Positions 60,688 through 62,879 of a stretch of 62,879 nucleotides of DNA are shown one piece after another. The stretch lies in NCBI GenBank assembly GCA_001687465.1, contig LVLI01000152.1, positions 1 through 62,879 of the forward strand, written 5' to 3'. Each line of letters opens with the position of its first letter. Position 1 is the first letter of the stretch. The stretch is from Halocafeteria seosinensis. Taxonomy: Eukaryota. A program made the position numbers and the translations under genes. The notes beneath the pieces are model-generated. The model was not told the DNA's origin and made no database searches. It saw nothing but the letters and a program-made list of their open reading frames with translations.

Positions 60688-60957
60688 ATGGACCTGGTTG
60701 CAAAGGGCCCAACGAGCACACTTTATGTCGATGTGACAGTGCCAAACCTTAGCAATTACTCCTACAGTAACGTCTTACCCGGCTCACGGGAGATAGACTA
60801 GCCGGGGAAGCGGGAGACCCCGCACCATTGCGGTAGAAGCGGAGAAGATGAAGCGGACAAAATACGGGCATCTGAGGGATCACCACACGGAAATTGTCCC
60901 GTTCGCGATAGAGACGCCGGGCGGCTTCGGGGAAAACGCGATCAAATTCCTCAAGAG
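60688..60957 (+). mobile_element. Second RLE endonuclease remnant of the same non-LTR family as 19545-19972
   Basis: MDLVAKGPTSTLYVDVTVPN...EAEKMKRTKYGHLRDHHTEIVPFAIETPGGFGENAIKFL; clear nucleotide similarity to 19590-19817, with an insertion of about 30 nt. Confidence 0.8.
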
Positions 60958-61079
60958 AAGATTCAGTTTCTAGTGTGGAGCAGAAGGGAAAAGAGTTCGC
61001 AAACTCTTTGCGACATTGTGGTGCTGAGGACGTGGATGACTGAGATATACTTAGACAACGAAGTTGCCTCCACATCCGA

Positions 61080-61871
61080 TTACAGTAGGGTTTCATCTAA
61101 AGTAAGGCGGCAGTTCCTTCCCGACGTGATGCGAACATTTCCTGGTAGAGCATTTCCTACTTTCCATTGCGCCCGGCTAATGACTTTAGCTTGGCGACAG
61201 TCCTCCTCTCCAAGGTGCTTATTCAATATCTCTGCATTCGAAAGACGCTGCTCCTCCGGTAAGTCTTCTTTCACTGACGCAATCCGATCTTCATGTGCGC
61301 TAATAGCTTGACATTTCGTACGTTCAGTCATGCCATATAAAGTTGCGATGCTAAGGTACTCTCCTCTGCTATTCTCCAAGAAATCAAGAGGCGAAGGCTG
61401 CTTCACCGGTCGGATTAGGGTGTCGGACATCTCGGGTAGCTCGTCTAGGGTTCCCTCCACATTCTTTAGCTGATTTAGCGTGTGGCGGTAGCTTTCAAAG
61501 AAAACAGGACACTCTATAATTGAAAATTCTTCCGCTGCGTCAGGGTACAACGGGAAAAACTCTTCGTTGCTCTTGTATACCTGCGCATGCAACTGGCATT
61601 TCTTAGAAGAGTCCCCAATCCACATTACAATAGCCCAAAAAATGTCTTCATCTCTTTTAAATCTGGACGAATATGACAAGCACAACAAGCTTCCAGTACG
61701 GAACGCTTTTTTACGACTAGAGAATTGGCAGAGTCGTTTAACCAGAGGCTGCTCCCTAGTTGCAAAACACACGCGAATCATCTGAATTGTACTTTCACTC
61801 GACAGCTTGCACTTGCATGAAGGCTTCGATGCGCTCTTGCTAAAACTGCTGCTCTCAGCGGGAAGAATCAA
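61080..61871 (-). CDS. Hypothetical protein or gene fragment
   Basis: 263-codon ORF with protein-like composition in its distal part; start and exon structure unresolved. Confidence 0.4.
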   Translation of the reverse strand: MILPAESSSFSKSASKPSCKCKLSSESTIQMIRVCFATREQPLVKRLCQFSSRKKAFRTGSLLCLSYSSRFKRDEDIFWAIVMWIGDSSKKCQLHAQVYKSNEEFFPLYPDAAEEFSIIECPVFFESYRHTLNQLKNVEGTLDELPEMSDTLIRPVKQPSPLDFLENSRGEYLSIATLYGMTERTKCQAISAHEDRIASVKEDLPEEQRLSNAEILNKHLGEEDCRQAKVISRAQWKVGNALPGNVRITSGRNCRLTLDETLL

Positions 61872-62734
61872 ACTGTTCTTGTATGCGCCGTACTTTTTTT
61901 GAACTGGGTGTGTCGTCGTGTCGAAAACTTCGGACTCCTTCGGAGTGCTAAACTACAAAAACGTCTCAAGGGGCATCCCCGGCTGGGCTTCACCTCTCTT
62001 GCTTTCCAGTTTATGGCATCTACAGTATCGGCGTTGTTTGTTTGCTGTTCGATCATGGGCTGTATAGAAGTGCGTATATATAAGTGCGTTAGCTTTCTGT
62101 TTCTGAGAGCTTTTGGCTGTTGTGCGGTATTATAATATACTCTTACCTTGTAAAATAGAGTAGTACAATGTACAATTGGAACTTCTTCTTCCGTTAAGTT
62201 CCCGTCTTGTTTGAGCTTTATAAACAGGAGAATGGCGGACAATTCGGCATCAAGTGAAAATGGTTGGAAAAATACATAAGGAAGAAGGAATTGGCCGTGT
62301 CTGCTAAATGGTATACGAAGATCAAGACAAAAATTCAGAAGCGCAACGACTGCAGCGAATACCCGTTTGATAACAAAGAAGATCTCAAGATTGTGTGCAG
62401 AAACAGAATGAGCAAGAAGCGCCAAACGGGCATCGTAGATGGAAAGGACGTGGTAGACAATGAGATGGTTGTAGATGAAATTGCAGGGGAGATGTACGCG
62501 TGGTTGCAAAAGCAGGGAGTTGGAGCTGGTAAGTGAGAACATCGTAGTTAGATTCTAACTGTTAGAACTTTCAGCCAACGTGAATCATCTCTTCTTCACT
62601 TGCCGTATCCCTGCAGGTAAGTACACATCAACGTCCAGAAGCAGAAATCTCTATAGGAAAACCATGCTGCTCCTATGGGTCTATGCTTTCTTCAACATAT
62701 TGTTGTCTTGTATTTGTCTGCAGCATGCGTTGCT

Positions 62735-62879
62735 CACACACACAAATGTGACAGATAGCCCACCGGCCGGGAAGTTGACCACATCCTCTTAACGAGGAGC
62801 GGTAAGCGCCCGTGTTAAGCAGCGACGGGCCCGCTGTTCCTGCAGCCTTGCTGACATGCGCCGTGGGGGAACACAGCAC
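62735..62879 (+). mobile_element. Element end TGTGACAGATAGCCCACC next to a CA tract, running off the right edge
   Basis: Shares GATAGCCCACCGGCCGGG and TCCTCTTAACGAGGAGCGGTA with 50300-50354. Confidence 0.6.

Noticed and set aside
62232..62536. Plus-strand 90-aa ORF ending at a GTAAGT donor
   Set aside because: The nearest ATG is out of frame and the downstream exon is interrupted by the element end; it cannot be supported as an intact gene.
1..62879. CRISPR arrays, tRNA, rRNA or snRNA genes
   Set aside because: No regularly spaced repeats, cloverleaf with A/B boxes or recognisable rRNA/snRNA sequence was seen by eye; a covariance-model scan could still find small RNAs.

Overview
Gene-dense eukaryotic genomic DNA with short (about 50-100 nt) GT-AG introns and the standard code, probably from a protist; the species cannot be determined. 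Left arm: two tandem Ser/Thr kinases, a FAM135/DUF676 lipase-like gene, an unknown gene, a DHTKD1-type 2-oxoacid dehydrogenase E1 and an EDR2-C (DUF1336) gene, followed by retroelement debris (gag zinc knuckle, RLE endonuclease). The centre (about 21.6-54.7 kb) is a tandem array of 11 apparently intact, strongly diverged Tweety (TTYH)-like 5-TM membrane protein genes. It is interrupted by an apparently inverted block holding Tweety-5, ATG12 and a SAM-domain/SLC6 transporter fusion. Right arm: TAF6 head-to-head (21 bp between predicted ATGs) with a TPR-carboxylesterase, a twin-CX9C protein, a second RLE remnant and unknown or decayed ORFs. Three copies of a TGT-starting element end each abut a CA-rich microsatellite. 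Exon boundaries were read by eye and family calls rest on recognised motifs, not database searches.
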